Assembly (NCBI GenBank): GCA_049972045.1
Contig: JBMFKS010000003.1
Span: 9,723 to 73,722 of the forward strand
Origin: Anaerolineae bacterium
Lineage (GTDB): Bacteria; Chloroflexota; Anaerolineae; B4-G1; DUEL01
Direction of reading: 5' to 3'
DNA: 64,000 nt
Position 1 is the stretch's first letter, and each line of letters starts with the position of its first letter. Under the pieces are notes generated by a model. That model was not told the DNA's origin, did no database searches, and saw nothing but the letters and a program-made list of their open reading frames with translations. Shown piece after piece: positions 1-12,327 of the stretch. The translations under genes were made by a program, and so were the position numbers.

Positions 1-662
1 CTCATCCAGGCGATCAGCGCGGTGGAGATGGTCAGCCCTGCCAGGGTCTTCCAGAGAGGCCACTCCGGCTTGCTATGTGCCCGACGATGAATCACTCCGG
101 GCTGGGAATCTCTGCTCCCGTTGTGGAGCAGATAGAACTGGCTCAGGATATAGACCAGCAGCATGGCTCCGGCCACTCCTAAACTCAGGTATTCCACAGC
201 CATGTGACCGGTGCCCACTTCTATGGCGTGACTGAAGAGGGAGGGGATGCCCAAGGCGATAACGGCCAGCATCAGCATCGTTGCGTTCAACCCGGCCTGC
301 GTGCGGTCAAATTTCTGGAGGCCATGCCGTAATCCTCCGACCAGGAGACTGAGCCCCATCACCAGCAGGAGATTGCCCAGGATAGAGCCCGTAATAGAGG
401 CCTTGACCAGTTCCAGCAATCCCGCGCGGATGGCGAAGAAGGTGATGATGAGTTCGGCCGCGTTCCCCAGCGTGCTGTTGATCAGGCCGCTGATCTGAGG
501 CCCGGCCCGCTCTGCCAGTGCCTCCGTCGCCCGACCCAGCAGCGCCGCCAGAGGGACGATGCCCAGCGCCGCCGCAGCGAAGGTCAGGACTGCCGGTCCA
601 CCCAGGTATCGGGAGAACAACGCAACCGGAACCAGAATCAATAGGCCATAGAGAGCCTTCAT
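1..662 (-). CDS. CaCA-family Ca2+/cation:proton antiporter, 3'-truncated by window edge
   Basis: Minus-strand translation from the ATG at 662-660 reads [22 protein letters not shown]...GNAAELIITFFA...GSILGNLLLV. These are the two alpha-repeat signatures of CaCA exchangers. The reading frame runs off coordinate 1. The start overlaps the upstream gene's stop as ATGA. Confidence 0.7.
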   Translation of the reverse strand, partial: MKALYGLLILVPVALFSRYLGGPAVLTFAAAALGIVPLAALLGRATEALAERAGPQISGLINSTLGNAAELIITFFAIRAGLLELVKASITGSILGNLLLVMGLSLLVGGLRHGLQKFDRTQAGLNATMLMLAVIALGIPSLFSHAIEVGTGHMAVEYLSLGVAGAMLLVYILSQFYLLHNGSRDSQPGVIHRRAHSKPEWPLWKTLAGLTISTALIAWM

Positions 663-1645
663 TGCTCCTCCGAGCCGAAAAGGGTAGAGGGGGCCTGGAT
701 GGGCACCATCACCCGCAGCGACCGGGGGACCACCCGGATGCCGACCGGTGTGGTTCCCAGGGGTTCCCCGTCGGCCTGGACGGCCATCGGCATCTCGGTC
801 CAGACGGTAACCTGACGGGCTGTCCGTTGCACCACCTGGGGGTTCTGGAGATGACGGCCTACGAACAGTTGGCCTGCCATTCGCAACATGTACAGAAATC
901 CCCCCAGTCCTTTGAACAGAAACACATCCAGCAGGCCGTCATCCATCCGGGCCTGGGGGGTTAAGTGGAAGATGGAGTACATCTGGACATTGCTGACCAC
1001 CACCAGGAGCGCGCGGCTCCGCAGGGCCCGCCCGTCCAGCACCAGATGGGTCCGCACGCCGGAGAACTCCCGTGCCAGTGTCAACCCGGCGATGACGTAG
1101 GGCAACACACCCAGCCGCTTGACCCGTTTCGGTCGGGGCTCCATATCCGAGGTGATCTGGGCGTCAAAACCGATGCCCGCCCACAGGAGGAAGTAGCGGT
1201 CGTTCAGGCGGCCCACATCCACTCTTCGGACGCGCCCCTCGGCCTGGGCAATCGCGGCTTCCCGCAGGCGGAAGGGATGGGTCAGGGTGTAGACGGGCAA
1301 GTGAAGTTGCCGCGCCCAGACGTTGCCGGTGCCCACCGGCAGGACGCCCAGCGCGGTCTCTGTGCCCACCAGGCCGTTGACGGCCTCGTTGACCGTCCCG
1401 TCCCCTCCGGCGGCCCACACGGTGTCCATTCCGGCCTGGGCGGCCTCCCGGGCCAGCGCGGTCGCTTCTCCGGCCCGGCGGGTGGTCTCTATCTCCACCG
1501 ACCAACCCCGGGCGGAGAGTTCCCGGCGCACCCGCTTCAGTTCTTTCCAGACGTCGCGGGGACCGGCAACGGGGTTATAGATGATGAGGCTTTTCACGCT
1601 GGGGATTATAGCACCGGCTCGCCGGCGCGCAACTCTCCTACGCAA
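659..1645 (-). CDS. YegS/BmrU-type lipid kinase (diacylglycerol-kinase catalytic-domain family)
   Basis: 328-aa ORF containing [15 protein letters not shown] and [14 protein letters not shown], the DAGK_cat signatures. The true start may be downstream of the annotated M. Confidence 0.8.
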   Translation of the reverse strand: MRRRVARRRAGAIIPSVKSLIIYNPVAGPRDVWKELKRVRRELSARGWSVEIETTRRAGEATALAREAAQAGMDTVWAAGGDGTVNEAVNGLVGTETALGVLPVGTGNVWARQLHLPVYTLTHPFRLREAAIAQAEGRVRRVDVGRLNDRYFLLWAGIGFDAQITSDMEPRPKRVKRLGVLPYVIAGLTLAREFSGVRTHLVLDGRALRSRALLVVVSNVQMYSIFHLTPQARMDDGLLDVFLFKGLGGFLYMLRMAGQLFVGRHLQNPQVVQRTARQVTVWTEMPMAVQADGEPLGTTPVGIRVVPRSLRVMVPIQAPSTLFGSEEQ

Positions 1646-1869
1646 CGGAAGTTGCCCATGACGTAATGTTGTCTCTTTTCCCCGCCTGTGTTACAATGGA
1701 AACAATCACGGCGCGAGCGCCCTCGGCGTGTGGCGCTGCGTGGCTGACCACGAGCGGCCTTGTAGCGCAGGCGAACAGCCTGCGCCCCATTAACCGAGAG
1801 GCGACCCCGCAAATTCTCAAAGAACCACCATCGCTCCGGATATTGATTCGGACAGGAGGCCACTGTTCC

Positions 1870-4872
<3,003 letters not shown>

Positions 4873-4874
4873 CG

Positions 4875-4905
4875 GGGGCAGGGCGCAGGGCGCAGGGCGC
4901 GGAAC
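4875..4905. repeat. Short heptamer tandem (GGCGCAG x3) directly after the glyQS stop
   Basis: The text gggcagggcgcagggcgcagggcgcgg belongs to the heptanucleotide repeat class seen elsewhere in the window. Confidence 0.6.
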
Positions 4906-5060
4906 CTGGTAACGCTTCCCTAACTGTTTTGTAACTGTTGACAGAAGTGCGAAATTTAAGGATCGTGTTATAATTGGAGTGGTTCGGTTCGTGATGGGCG
5001 GGGAAAGGGGAATTTTGTGGCGGAGGGAATTTCTCCACCTGCACAGGAGATAGCCTGGGC

Positions 5061-5441
5061 ATGAACCATCCAAAGATTTTATATATTGAGGATAATCCGG
5101 AGAACCGTTTGCTGATCCGGCGGATTCTGGAGGCGGAAGGGTACACCGTGGTGGAGGCTGTAGATGGGCCTTCCGGGTTGGAAGCAGCGGCATCCTCTCC
5201 GCCTGACCTGATTCTCCTGGACATCAACCTGCCGGAGATGGATGGGTACGAACTGGTGGGGAAGTTACGCCAGATTCCGGGTTTGGCGACGACTCCGATC
5301 ATTGCACTGACGGCCTATGCTCTGAAGGGAGATCGGGAACGCATCCTCTCTGCTGGTTGTGACGGCTATATTCAGAAGCCCATAGATGTGGACAGTTTAC
5401 CGGTTCAGGTGGCCTCATTTCTGAAGAAGGGGGCCGGCTGA
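5061..5441 (+). CDS. Single-domain response regulator (CheY-like receiver)
   Basis: ILYIEDNPENRLLIRRILEAEGYTV...LILLDINLPEMDGYEL...TAYALKGDRERILSAGCDGYIQKP carries the REC D/D/K signature positions. Confidence 0.85.
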   Translation: MNHPKILYIEDNPENRLLIRRILEAEGYTVVEAVDGPSGLEAAASSPPDLILLDINLPEMDGYELVGKLRQIPGLATTPIIALTAYALKGDRERILSAGCDGYIQKPIDVDSLPVQVASFLKKGAG

Positions 5442-5456
5442 GGTTGGGAGGCACCG

Positions 5457-5873
5457 ATGCCACCGCTAAACCCGCAGGATGTCACCGTTCTGGTAATTGA
5501 GGACAACCTGAACAACTTCCTGCTTATGGCCCGCCTGCTGGCGTTTGTTGGGGTGGGGCGCTGCGAGTGGAAGGCTTCCGGCTGGCAGGTGCTGGAGTAC
5601 GCTGAGACGTTGCCGCGCATAGACCTGATTTTGATGGACATTTTCCTCCCGGAGCGGGATGGCTATGAGGCTCTGAGCCTGCTGCGATCGCATCCTCGCT
5701 TCAAAGACGTTCCCATTATTGCGATCACGGCGGATGCCAGTGTGGAGAGCATGGAGCGGGCTCGCCAGGCTGGATTTAATGGTTTCATTGGCAAGCCGAT
5801 AGACCCGGACCGGTTTCCAGAGCAAATTTGGCGCATCCTGCGGGGTGAGCCCGTTTGGGACCCGGGGATATAA
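5457..5873 (+). CDS. Single-domain response regulator (receiver)
   Basis: VLVIEDNLNNFLLMARLL...LILMDIFLPERDGYEAL...ITADASVESMERARQAGFNGFIGKP is a REC fold. It lies 16 nt after the previous REC gene. Confidence 0.85.
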   Translation: MPPLNPQDVTVLVIEDNLNNFLLMARLLAFVGVGRCEWKASGWQVLEYAETLPRIDLILMDIFLPERDGYEALSLLRSHPRFKDVPIIAITADASVESMERARQAGFNGFIGKPIDPDRFPEQIWRILRGEPVWDPGI

Positions 5874-6008
5874 CCGGGTCTCCTTATTCGGGTCGAAAAG
5901 CCCTTCCTTTCCCGTGAACTGCGGAAGTCCTGCTTTTAAGCACTCTCCGCTGGGGTGGTGGTTACTCGTGGCGAGTGTGACCCATCCCGCGATCAGCGAG
6001 TAGCGAAA

Positions 6009-8348
6009 ATGGAGGCCTTTCCAGGGGCCGCTGGTCTGGAAGTGCCCGGCGTGGGGATGCGAGGCGGGCTGGGACGGACCATTCTGACCGCCTTCCTGAT
6101 ATTGGCGATTGTACCGCTCAGTGTTGTCAGTTGGTACGCCTCCACCCGTCACCGCGAGAATATCCAGGAGGAGGTGACGGGGAAACTGGTCACCATCGCC
6201 GCTCTGAAAGAGGCCCAGATTACCCGTTGGCTGGAGGAGCAAGCCGTCGCGCTGGACGACCCGGAACTGCGGGAAGCCATCTTCCGGGCGGCTGGAAGAA
6301 GCCCCGAAGAAATCCGCTCCCTCCTGACCACTCTCGCTTCCCAGAAGGGTGTTGAGGACCTGGCCCTGATTGGCCCTCAGGGTCGGGTGGAGTGGGCCGG
6401 GGATGCCTCCTGGGAGGGTGATACCGTTATCCTGCCTTCCAGCCCCGATGCCTTCGCTCTCCAGGTGTCTCCGAACCTTGCCGGACGGGAAGGGATTGTC
6501 CTGATCCGGCCGTTAAGTTCAGCCCGATGGCCCTCCATCGCGGCCCGGCTGACCGGGGAGGGCTTGATCCATATTCTGGAGGAACGGGCCGGCCTGGGCG
6601 AAACGGGAGAAGCCTACTTGGTGGATCAATGGGGGTTCGCCTGTCCACAAAATCGTCGGATCACCAGCCCGGCCATTCAGGCGGCCCTTTCCGGACAGGA
6701 CGGTCAGGGCCTGTATGAGAACTATAGGGGCACGCCCGTCATTGGCGTCTACCGGTGGCTCCCCACGCTGAGCCTGGCCCTGGTCGTGGAGCAGACGCAA
6801 GAGGAGGCCTTCGCGGGCAACGAGGCGGTGACTACCGCCGTCATTGCGGCCACCCTGGGCGTCGCCATCGCCACGGCGGCTATCGCCGCCGTGGTCACCC
6901 GCCAGATTACCCGACCGGTCGTCCGGCTGACGGAATCCGCTCTGCGGATTGCCGCCGGAGACCTCTCCCAGCGGGTGGACATCACCTCCCGGGACGAAAT
7001 TGGCATCCTGGCCCAGGTCTTCAATCAGATGGCGACGGAACTGGAGGCCCTGTACAACGACCTGGAGGCCAAAGTTGCGGAGCGAACCCGCCTTCTCCAG
7101 CAGGCCAACTACCAGATTCAGCGCCGCGCCATCCAGTTGCAGGCCAGCCTGGAGGTCGGGCAAGCGGTCACCTCCATCCTGGACCCGGACGCCTTGCTGG
7201 AGCACGTGGTGCGCGTGGTGCGGGATTGCTTTTATTACTCCCACGTCGCCGTTTACACCACGGACGAATCGGGCAATGGGTTGGTTCTTCGGGCTTCCGC
7301 AGGAGAGGCTGACCCGTTTCATGGCGCGCGTGTGACCGGCGAGTCTCTCAGCGCGGTCGGGCAAGCGTTCCGGGATGGTCGGGCGGTTCTGGAAAGCCGA
7401 CCGGTCTCCATCAGGGTGGGTCCGCCCCTCTCCTACGCCCGGGCGGAGGCGGCGCTCCCTCTCCGCCTGGGTGACCGGGTGCTGGGGGTGATGGACGTCC
7501 AGAGCACCCAGCCCGAGTCCTTTGACCAGGATGACGTCTCCGTCCTGCAGAACGTGGCCAATCAGGTCGCCATCGCCCTGGAGAACGCCCGGGCCTACGC
7601 GCTGGAGCGGGAGGCCGCCGAGCGGCTCCGGGAACTGGACCGCTCCAAGCGGCGCTTCCTGGCGAACATGTCCCACGAACTGCGCACGCCGTTGACCAAC
7701 ATTATCGGGTTTGCCCGGCTGATGCTGAAGGAGATAGACGGCCCGCTGACCGACCAGCAGCGGCATGACCTGGAAATCATCTACCACAACGGCGAGCATC
7801 TCCTGGGCCTCATCAATGACCTCCTGGACATCTCCCAGATTGAGGCCGGGATGATGGAACTGGAGTTCCGGGAAGTGGACCTGGGTGACCTGATCCGTAG
7901 CGTGATGGCCACCGCCAGCGCGCTGTTGCGGGGGAAGCCGGTTGTGATGCGGGAGATCATTGCTCCGCAATTGCCCAAGGTACGGGCCGACCCCACCCGC
8001 ATCCGGCAGGTCCTGTTGCGCATTCTGGCCAATGCGGCCAAGTTTACCGACCAGGGCACCATCACCGTCCGGGCGTGGGCAGAAAATGGGGAGGTCCGGG
8101 TCAGCGTCAGTGACACAGGTATTGGGATCCCTCCGGAGGCGCGGGAGCGCATCTTTGAGCGGTTTGAGCAGGGTGTGATGGAAAATGGCCGTCGCCCCGA
8201 TGGAACCGGCCTGGGGCTGGCGCTGAGCAAAGAGTTCGTGGAGATGCACGGCGGCCGTATTTGGGTGGAGAGCGAGGTCGGGAAGGGCTCTACCTTCACG
8301 TTCACGCTGCCTTTGCAGCCTGCCCCCTTTTCCACGAAAGGAGGCTGA
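6009..8348 (+). CDS. Sensor histidine kinase: extracytoplasmic sensor, TM, HAMP, S-helix, GAF, HisKA, HATPase
   Basis: TM segments flank a ~250-aa periplasmic domain. A HAMP domain (RLTESALRIAAGDLSQRVD...) is followed by ERTRLLQQANYQIQRRAIQLQAS, a GAF domain, the H-box [19 protein letters not shown], and N/G boxes ending [37 protein letters not shown]. The start is chosen at MEAF and could instead be the MRGG 16 codons later. Confidence 0.88.
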   Translation: MEAFPGAAGLEVPGVGMRGGLGRTILTAFLILAIVPLSVVSWYASTRHRENIQEEVTGKLVTIAALKEAQITRWLEEQAVALDDPELREAIFRAAGRSPEEIRSLLTTLASQKGVEDLALIGPQGRVEWAGDASWEGDTVILPSSPDAFALQVSPNLAGREGIVLIRPLSSARWPSIAARLTGEGLIHILEERAGLGETGEAYLVDQWGFACPQNRRITSPAIQAALSGQDGQGLYENYRGTPVIGVYRWLPTLSLALVVEQTQEEAFAGNEAVTTAVIAATLGVAIATAAIAAVVTRQITRPVVRLTESALRIAAGDLSQRVDITSRDEIGILAQVFNQMATELEALYNDLEAKVAERTRLLQQANYQIQRRAIQLQASLEVGQAVTSILDPDALLEHVVRVVRDCFYYSHVAVYTTDESGNGLVLRASAGEADPFHGARVTGESLSAVGQAFRDGRAVLESRPVSIRVGPPLSYARAEAALPLRLGDRVLGVMDVQSTQPESFDQDDVSVLQNVANQVAIALENARAYALEREAAERLRELDRSKRRFLANMSHELRTPLTNIIGFARLMLKEIDGPLTDQQRHDLEIIYHNGEHLLGLINDLLDISQIEAGMMELEFREVDLGDLIRSVMATASALLRGKPVVMREIIAPQLPKVRADPTRIRQVLLRILANAAKFTDQGTITVRAWAENGEVRVSVSDTGIGIPPEARERIFERFEQGVMENGRRPDGTGLGLALSKEFVEMHGGRIWVESEVGKGSTFTFTLPLQPAPFSTKGG

Positions 8349-8351
8349 ACG

Positions 8352-9191
8352 ATGGCTGTCGCAACCGTAGACCGGGAAACGATTCGGCGAATTCTGCGGG
8401 AAGAACTTCCCCGAATGGTGGAGGAAGACCAGGATTTTCGGTACTGGTTGACCGGGTGGATTGCAGAGACTTTCCCCAAACGCTCGGAGGTGGAGCAGGC
8501 ATTGGCGCAGGTCTTAGAGCATCTGGTCGCGCTGCGGGAGGACTTTAACCGCCAGTTCGCCCTGCAATCCCAGCGGCTGGAGGTCGTGGAGCAGCGGCTG
8601 GAGGTCGTGGAGCAGCGGCTGGAGGTCGTGGAGCAGCGGCTGGAGGTCGTGGAGCAGCGGCTGGATGCTTTTGAGCAGCGGATGGAGGAACTGCGCCAGG
8701 ATTTCAACCGCCAGATGATGCGTCTGGTGGAACGGCATGAGTCCCTGGAGCAACGGGTAAACCAAGGGTTTGCCCGGCTGGAAGCCACCGTGGGAGCGAT
8801 CGGGGCCCGCTGGGGGATGATGGCCGAGGAAGCCTTCCGTTCGGGAATGGCGGGCATCCTCCGGGACCAGTTTGGCTGGCAGGTGGAACGCCTCCTGATG
8901 ATGGATACCGAGGGCTTCGTCTTCGGACACCCTGATCAGGTGGAGATAGACATCGCCATCCACGACGGCGCCCACTGGCTGATTGAGATTCGCTCCTCCA
9001 TGAGCAAGGCCGAGATGTACACCTTTGTGCGCAAGGTGGAGTTCTATGAGCGGCTGCGGGGAGTCCAGGTGGCCCGACGGATCGTCATCTCCCCGATGAT
9101 CCACCCTCAGGCCCAGAAGGTCGCGGAGCGTCTGGGCATAGAACTGTACACCTCCGTCTACGACGTCTCGCCGGACCTGCGGGGGGGATGA
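8352..9191 (+). CDS. Coiled-coil protein with C-terminal Hjc-like PD-(D/E)XK (restriction-endonuclease-fold) domain; paralog of 16271..17215
   Basis: It starts 3 nt after the kinase stop with an upstream AAGGAGG. There is a heptad repeat LEVVEQR x4. The C-terminus reads IGARWGMMAEEAFRSG...FGHPDQVEIDIAIHDGAHWLIEIRSSMSKAEMYTFVRKVEFYER, an E...D...E-x-K spacing like Hjc and related nucleases. The family name is not certain. Confidence 0.6.
   Translation: MAVATVDRETIRRILREELPRMVEEDQDFRYWLTGWIAETFPKRSEVEQALAQVLEHLVALREDFNRQFALQSQRLEVVEQRLEVVEQRLEVVEQRLEVVEQRLDAFEQRMEELRQDFNRQMMRLVERHESLEQRVNQGFARLEATVGAIGARWGMMAEEAFRSGMAGILRDQFGWQVERLLMMDTEGFVFGHPDQVEIDIAIHDGAHWLIEIRSSMSKAEMYTFVRKVEFYERLRGVQVARRIVISPMIHPQAQKVAERLGIELYTSVYDVSPDLRGG
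8571..8663 (+). repeat. In-frame 21-bp tandem repeat (cagcggctggaggtcgtggag x ~4.4) encoding LEVVEQR heptads
   Basis: The direct repeat is visible in the sequence at 8571-8663. Confidence 0.85.
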
Positions 9192-9223
9192 GGGGTCCCG
9201 GGAAGAGGGGTGAGGCCAGCGAA

Positions 9224-10051
9224 ATGACCGCGGTAGTGGCGATCGCGAACCATAAAGGCGGCGTCGCTAAGACGACAACCTGCCTATCCCTGGGCGGTGC
9301 CCTGGCGGAGCAGGGGCTTCAGGTCTTGGTGGTAGACCTGGACCCTCAGGCGCATCTGACCCTCTCTCTGGGGCTCCGGCCCGAGGAACTCCGTCATACC
9401 CTTGCGGATGTGCTCCTGGAGCAGCAATCTGTGGTTGCGGTCAGCCGGGAGACATCGGTGGCGGGCCTGGACCTGGTGCCGGCCAGCGGCGAACTGGTGG
9501 TCCTGGACAAAGCCCTCTATGGCCGGCCCGGTTATGAGTACCGGTTGCGGCAGGCCCTGGGGCGGATGTCCGTCGCCTACGACTTTGTCCTGATGGACTG
9601 CCCTCCTTCCTTCGGCACCCTGACCCTCAACGCGCTCACCGCTGCCGATATGCTCATCATCCCGATACAGTGTGAGTACTATGCCTGGCGTTCCCTCCGC
9701 CCGATGCTGGAACTGGTGACGGTGGTCCGGCAGAAAACCAACCCTGCCCTCCGCTACCGTCTCCTGGTCACAATGTACGATGCGCGCAGCCGCATTCACC
9801 GGCTGATCTTGGAGCAAATTCACCGCTTTTTCCCCCAGGCCACTTTTCGGACGATTGTCCAGGTAGATACTCGCTTGCGGGAAAGCCCGGTCTATGGCCT
9901 GCCGGTGACCCAGTATGCCCCTCGCACGCGGGCCGCCGAGCAGTATCGGGCTGTTGCCCAGGAGATGATGGTCTGTTTCCCCCCCGCGCCGACGGTCATT
10001 ACGGGTCCACAAAGGGCGTGGCCTGTAGAGCATTCTGTCGCAAGCGGGTAG
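9224..10051 (+). CDS. ParA/MinD-family P-loop ATPase (orphan; no parB in window)
   Basis: It contains the deviant Walker A motif VAIANHKGGVAKTTT, plus VVDLDPQAHLT and LMDCPPSFGTLTLNAL. An ORF beginning earlier, at 9188, overlaps the upstream stop. Start M13 is preferred because it has an RBS. Confidence 0.85.
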   Translation: MTAVVAIANHKGGVAKTTTCLSLGGALAEQGLQVLVVDLDPQAHLTLSLGLRPEELRHTLADVLLEQQSVVAVSRETSVAGLDLVPASGELVVLDKALYGRPGYEYRLRQALGRMSVAYDFVLMDCPPSFGTLTLNALTAADMLIIPIQCEYYAWRSLRPMLELVTVVRQKTNPALRYRLLVTMYDARSRIHRLILEQIHRFFPQATFRTIVQVDTRLRESPVYGLPVTQYAPRTRAAEQYRAVAQEMMVCFPPAPTVITGPQRAWPVEHSVASG

Positions 10052-10076
10052 ATGGATAAAGCGAGGAACAGAGACG

Positions 10077-12293
10077 ATGGAGTCATTCAAGCGGTCACTG
10101 GAAGAACTGTTTTCGGATTTCACCCCACCCGCTCCGGAGGGTATCTCCCCTGCTCCCCAGGAGGAAAAGCCACCGGCTCCCGCCCCGGCCCCGCGCCAGC
10201 CCACAGAGGCTGTGCTTTCCGGGAAGGAAATCGCCAGGCAGGTTGGACCGGGAGTCTCGCTGATAGGGGCCCATGTCCGCAATATTCGCGCGCAACTCTT
10301 GGGGAATACGTTGATCATTCTGGTTGTGATTCTCTGGACCGCTTTCCTGATCGGCAGCGCGATGGTGCGGTTGAACCGGGCGGTTGCGGCGGTGGGGGAG
10401 GAGACCACGCGGGCCAATACGGCGCTGGCGGCAGGAAAGGCGGCGGCGGAACTCTTCGTCGCTATCGGACAGGGAACGCTGGCCCAGGACCCAGAAGTGC
10501 TGATCCGGGGCATCACCGAAGCGCGCGAGCACCTCCTGCAGACGCAGGACCGCCTTCTGGAGAGCGTTGCCCCGATTCCGGTGGAAGACCCCCTGTGGTC
10601 GGAATTGATCCGTCTACGGGCCGCTATCTCCCAGATGGATTCCTGGACCACTTATTTCATAGAACAGGCCCGCCGGTACAACTGGGAAAACATTCGGGCT
10701 TCTCAATTGTATCTGGTTCCCTATTATCTGAACGAAATCACCGCAGCAACGGTAGGGGTGGAAAAACTGACCCAGGAGCGGCTGGCCCTTGCCAACCAGG
10801 AGGCAGCCGCAGCGCGGGAAATACTGCGCAACATCACGATATCCTGGGGCATTGTTCTGCTTCTGGTGGTCATAGGGGTAAACGTTGCTTTCCTGCGCAG
10901 TATCGCCGACCCGCTGGAACGGCTGGCCGAAGCATCCGCTCGCCTGGCGGCCGGCCGTCTGGAGACGCGCGTCGCCATAGACCGGGCCGATGAGTTCGGC
11001 CGCCTGGCTCAGGCCTTCAATGATATGGCTGAGCATTTGCAGACCCTTTACAACGAATTGGAAGAGCGGGTGCAGGAGCGGACCCGCGCCCTTCAGGAAG
11101 CCAACTATGCCCTCCAGCGACGGGCCATCCAGTTGGAGGCCAGCGCCGAAGTGAGCCGATCCATCATCTCTATTTTCAACGTGGACGAGCTGCTGTGGCG
11201 GGCCGTCAACCTGATTCGGGACCGCTTCGGCTTCTACCACGCTGGCATTTTCCTGATGGACGAGACGGGGGAATGGGCCGTGCTGCGGGAGGCCACGGGC
11301 GAGGCAGGTGCCCAGATGAAGGCCCAGGGCCACCGCCTCCCGGTGGGGGAGACCAGCATGGTCGGCTGGACGGCCCTCCACCGCCGCCCCCGCATCGCCC
11401 TGGACGTGGGCCAGGACGCGGTCCACTTTGCCAACCCTCTCCTGCCCTACACCCGTTCGGAGATGACCCTCCCTCTGATGGTCGGTGGTCGTCTCCTGGG
11501 GGTGCTGGACGTTCAGTCCACCGAAGAGGCCGCCTTTGATGAAGACGACATTCGGGCTCTCCAAAGCATGGCCGACCAGTTGGCCATTGCCATAGAGAAC
11601 GCCCGACGGCTTTCCGAAGAAGCCTTGCTGCTGGAAGCGACCAGCCCCATCTACCGCTTTAGCCGCCGGCTGGGCAGCGCGGCCACCGTGGAGGACATCG
11701 CGGAGGTCATCATTGGAACCGTCTCCGAGACCGAGGCGGATGGCTGCGTGGTGGTGGAGTTTGAGTCCTCCGACGGGGTACCGGAAGCCTTGCTCTACCG
11801 GGGGGTCTGGCGGCGGGACCGGGAGCCCACCTTCCGGCCCGGGATGCGGATGGAGGCATCCGAGACCCCTCTGCCCACTCTCATGCTGAGTCGGATGTGG
11901 GTCAGTGAGGATGCCCAGCGAGATTCCCAGATGTCGGATAAGGCCCGGGAACTCTTCCGCGCTACCGGTGTCGGGGCTGTCGTCAACATCCCGCTGCGGG
12001 TGGGGGAGCGGTCTGTGGGTCAGGTCGTCATCCTGCGGTCCACACCGGGCCCCTTCTCTCCGGCGTCGCTGCGACTCTATGAGGTCATCGGCGACCAGGC
12101 GGCCGTCGCGCTGGAGCGGGCCCGCCTGCTGGAAAGGATGCGGCAGCGAGCGGAGCAGGAGGAGGCTCTGCGGAGCATCGCCGACCAGATTACGGCCACT
12201 TTTGACCTGCGAACGGCCCTGCAGACGACGCTACAGCAACTGACCCAGGTGCTGGACGCCCGCGGTGGCTATGCGGAACTGGGAACCAGGTAG
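10077..12293 (+). CDS. Membrane sensor protein: TM-periplasmic domain-TM-HAMP-S-helix-GAF-GAF, no output domain
   Basis: There are two hydrophobic helices. A HAMP domain (LAEASARLAAGRLETRVAIDRADEFGRLAQAFNDMAEHL) is followed by ERTRALQEANYALQRRAIQLEASAE and two GAF-like domains. No HisKA/HATPase, GGDEF, EAL or HTH domain is present. Confidence 0.8.
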   Translation: MESFKRSLEELFSDFTPPAPEGISPAPQEEKPPAPAPAPRQPTEAVLSGKEIARQVGPGVSLIGAHVRNIRAQLLGNTLIILVVILWTAFLIGSAMVRLNRAVAAVGEETTRANTALAAGKAAAELFVAIGQGTLAQDPEVLIRGITEAREHLLQTQDRLLESVAPIPVEDPLWSELIRLRAAISQMDSWTTYFIEQARRYNWENIRASQLYLVPYYLNEITAATVGVEKLTQERLALANQEAAAAREILRNITISWGIVLLLVVIGVNVAFLRSIADPLERLAEASARLAAGRLETRVAIDRADEFGRLAQAFNDMAEHLQTLYNELEERVQERTRALQEANYALQRRAIQLEASAEVSRSIISIFNVDELLWRAVNLIRDRFGFYHAGIFLMDETGEWAVLREATGEAGAQMKAQGHRLPVGETSMVGWTALHRRPRIALDVGQDAVHFANPLLPYTRSEMTLPLMVGGRLLGVLDVQSTEEAAFDEDDIRALQSMADQLAIAIENARRLSEEALLLEATSPIYRFSRRLGSAATVEDIAEVIIGTVSETEADGCVVVEFESSDGVPEALLYRGVWRRDREPTFRPGMRMEASETPLPTLMLSRMWVSEDAQRDSQMSDKARELFRATGVGAVVNIPLRVGERSVGQVVILRSTPGPFSPASLRLYEVIGDQAAVALERARLLERMRQRAEQEEALRSIADQITATFDLRTALQTTLQQLTQVLDARGGYAELGTR

Positions 12294-12327
12294 CACGGGC
12301 CTCAGCCTGTGCAAGGAGGCAGCTCAG

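Noticed and set aside
1646-1869. Possible T-box riboswitch in the glyQS leader
   Set aside because: No AGGGUGGNACCGCG-like T-box core and no specifier-loop context was found on either strand. Only a repeat-family hairpin is present.
6519-8249. Long antisense ORFs (e.g. 6519-8249, 13785-15671, 24807-26840, 29181-33329, 46909-49131, 53495-55126 on the minus strand) and many Pro/Arg/Gly-rich ORFs of 60-200 aa
   Set aside because: They lie opposite genes that carry strong domain signatures. Their composition is low-complexity RPGA-rich, as expected from high-GC antisense frames, and they have no motifs. They are treated as non-coding.
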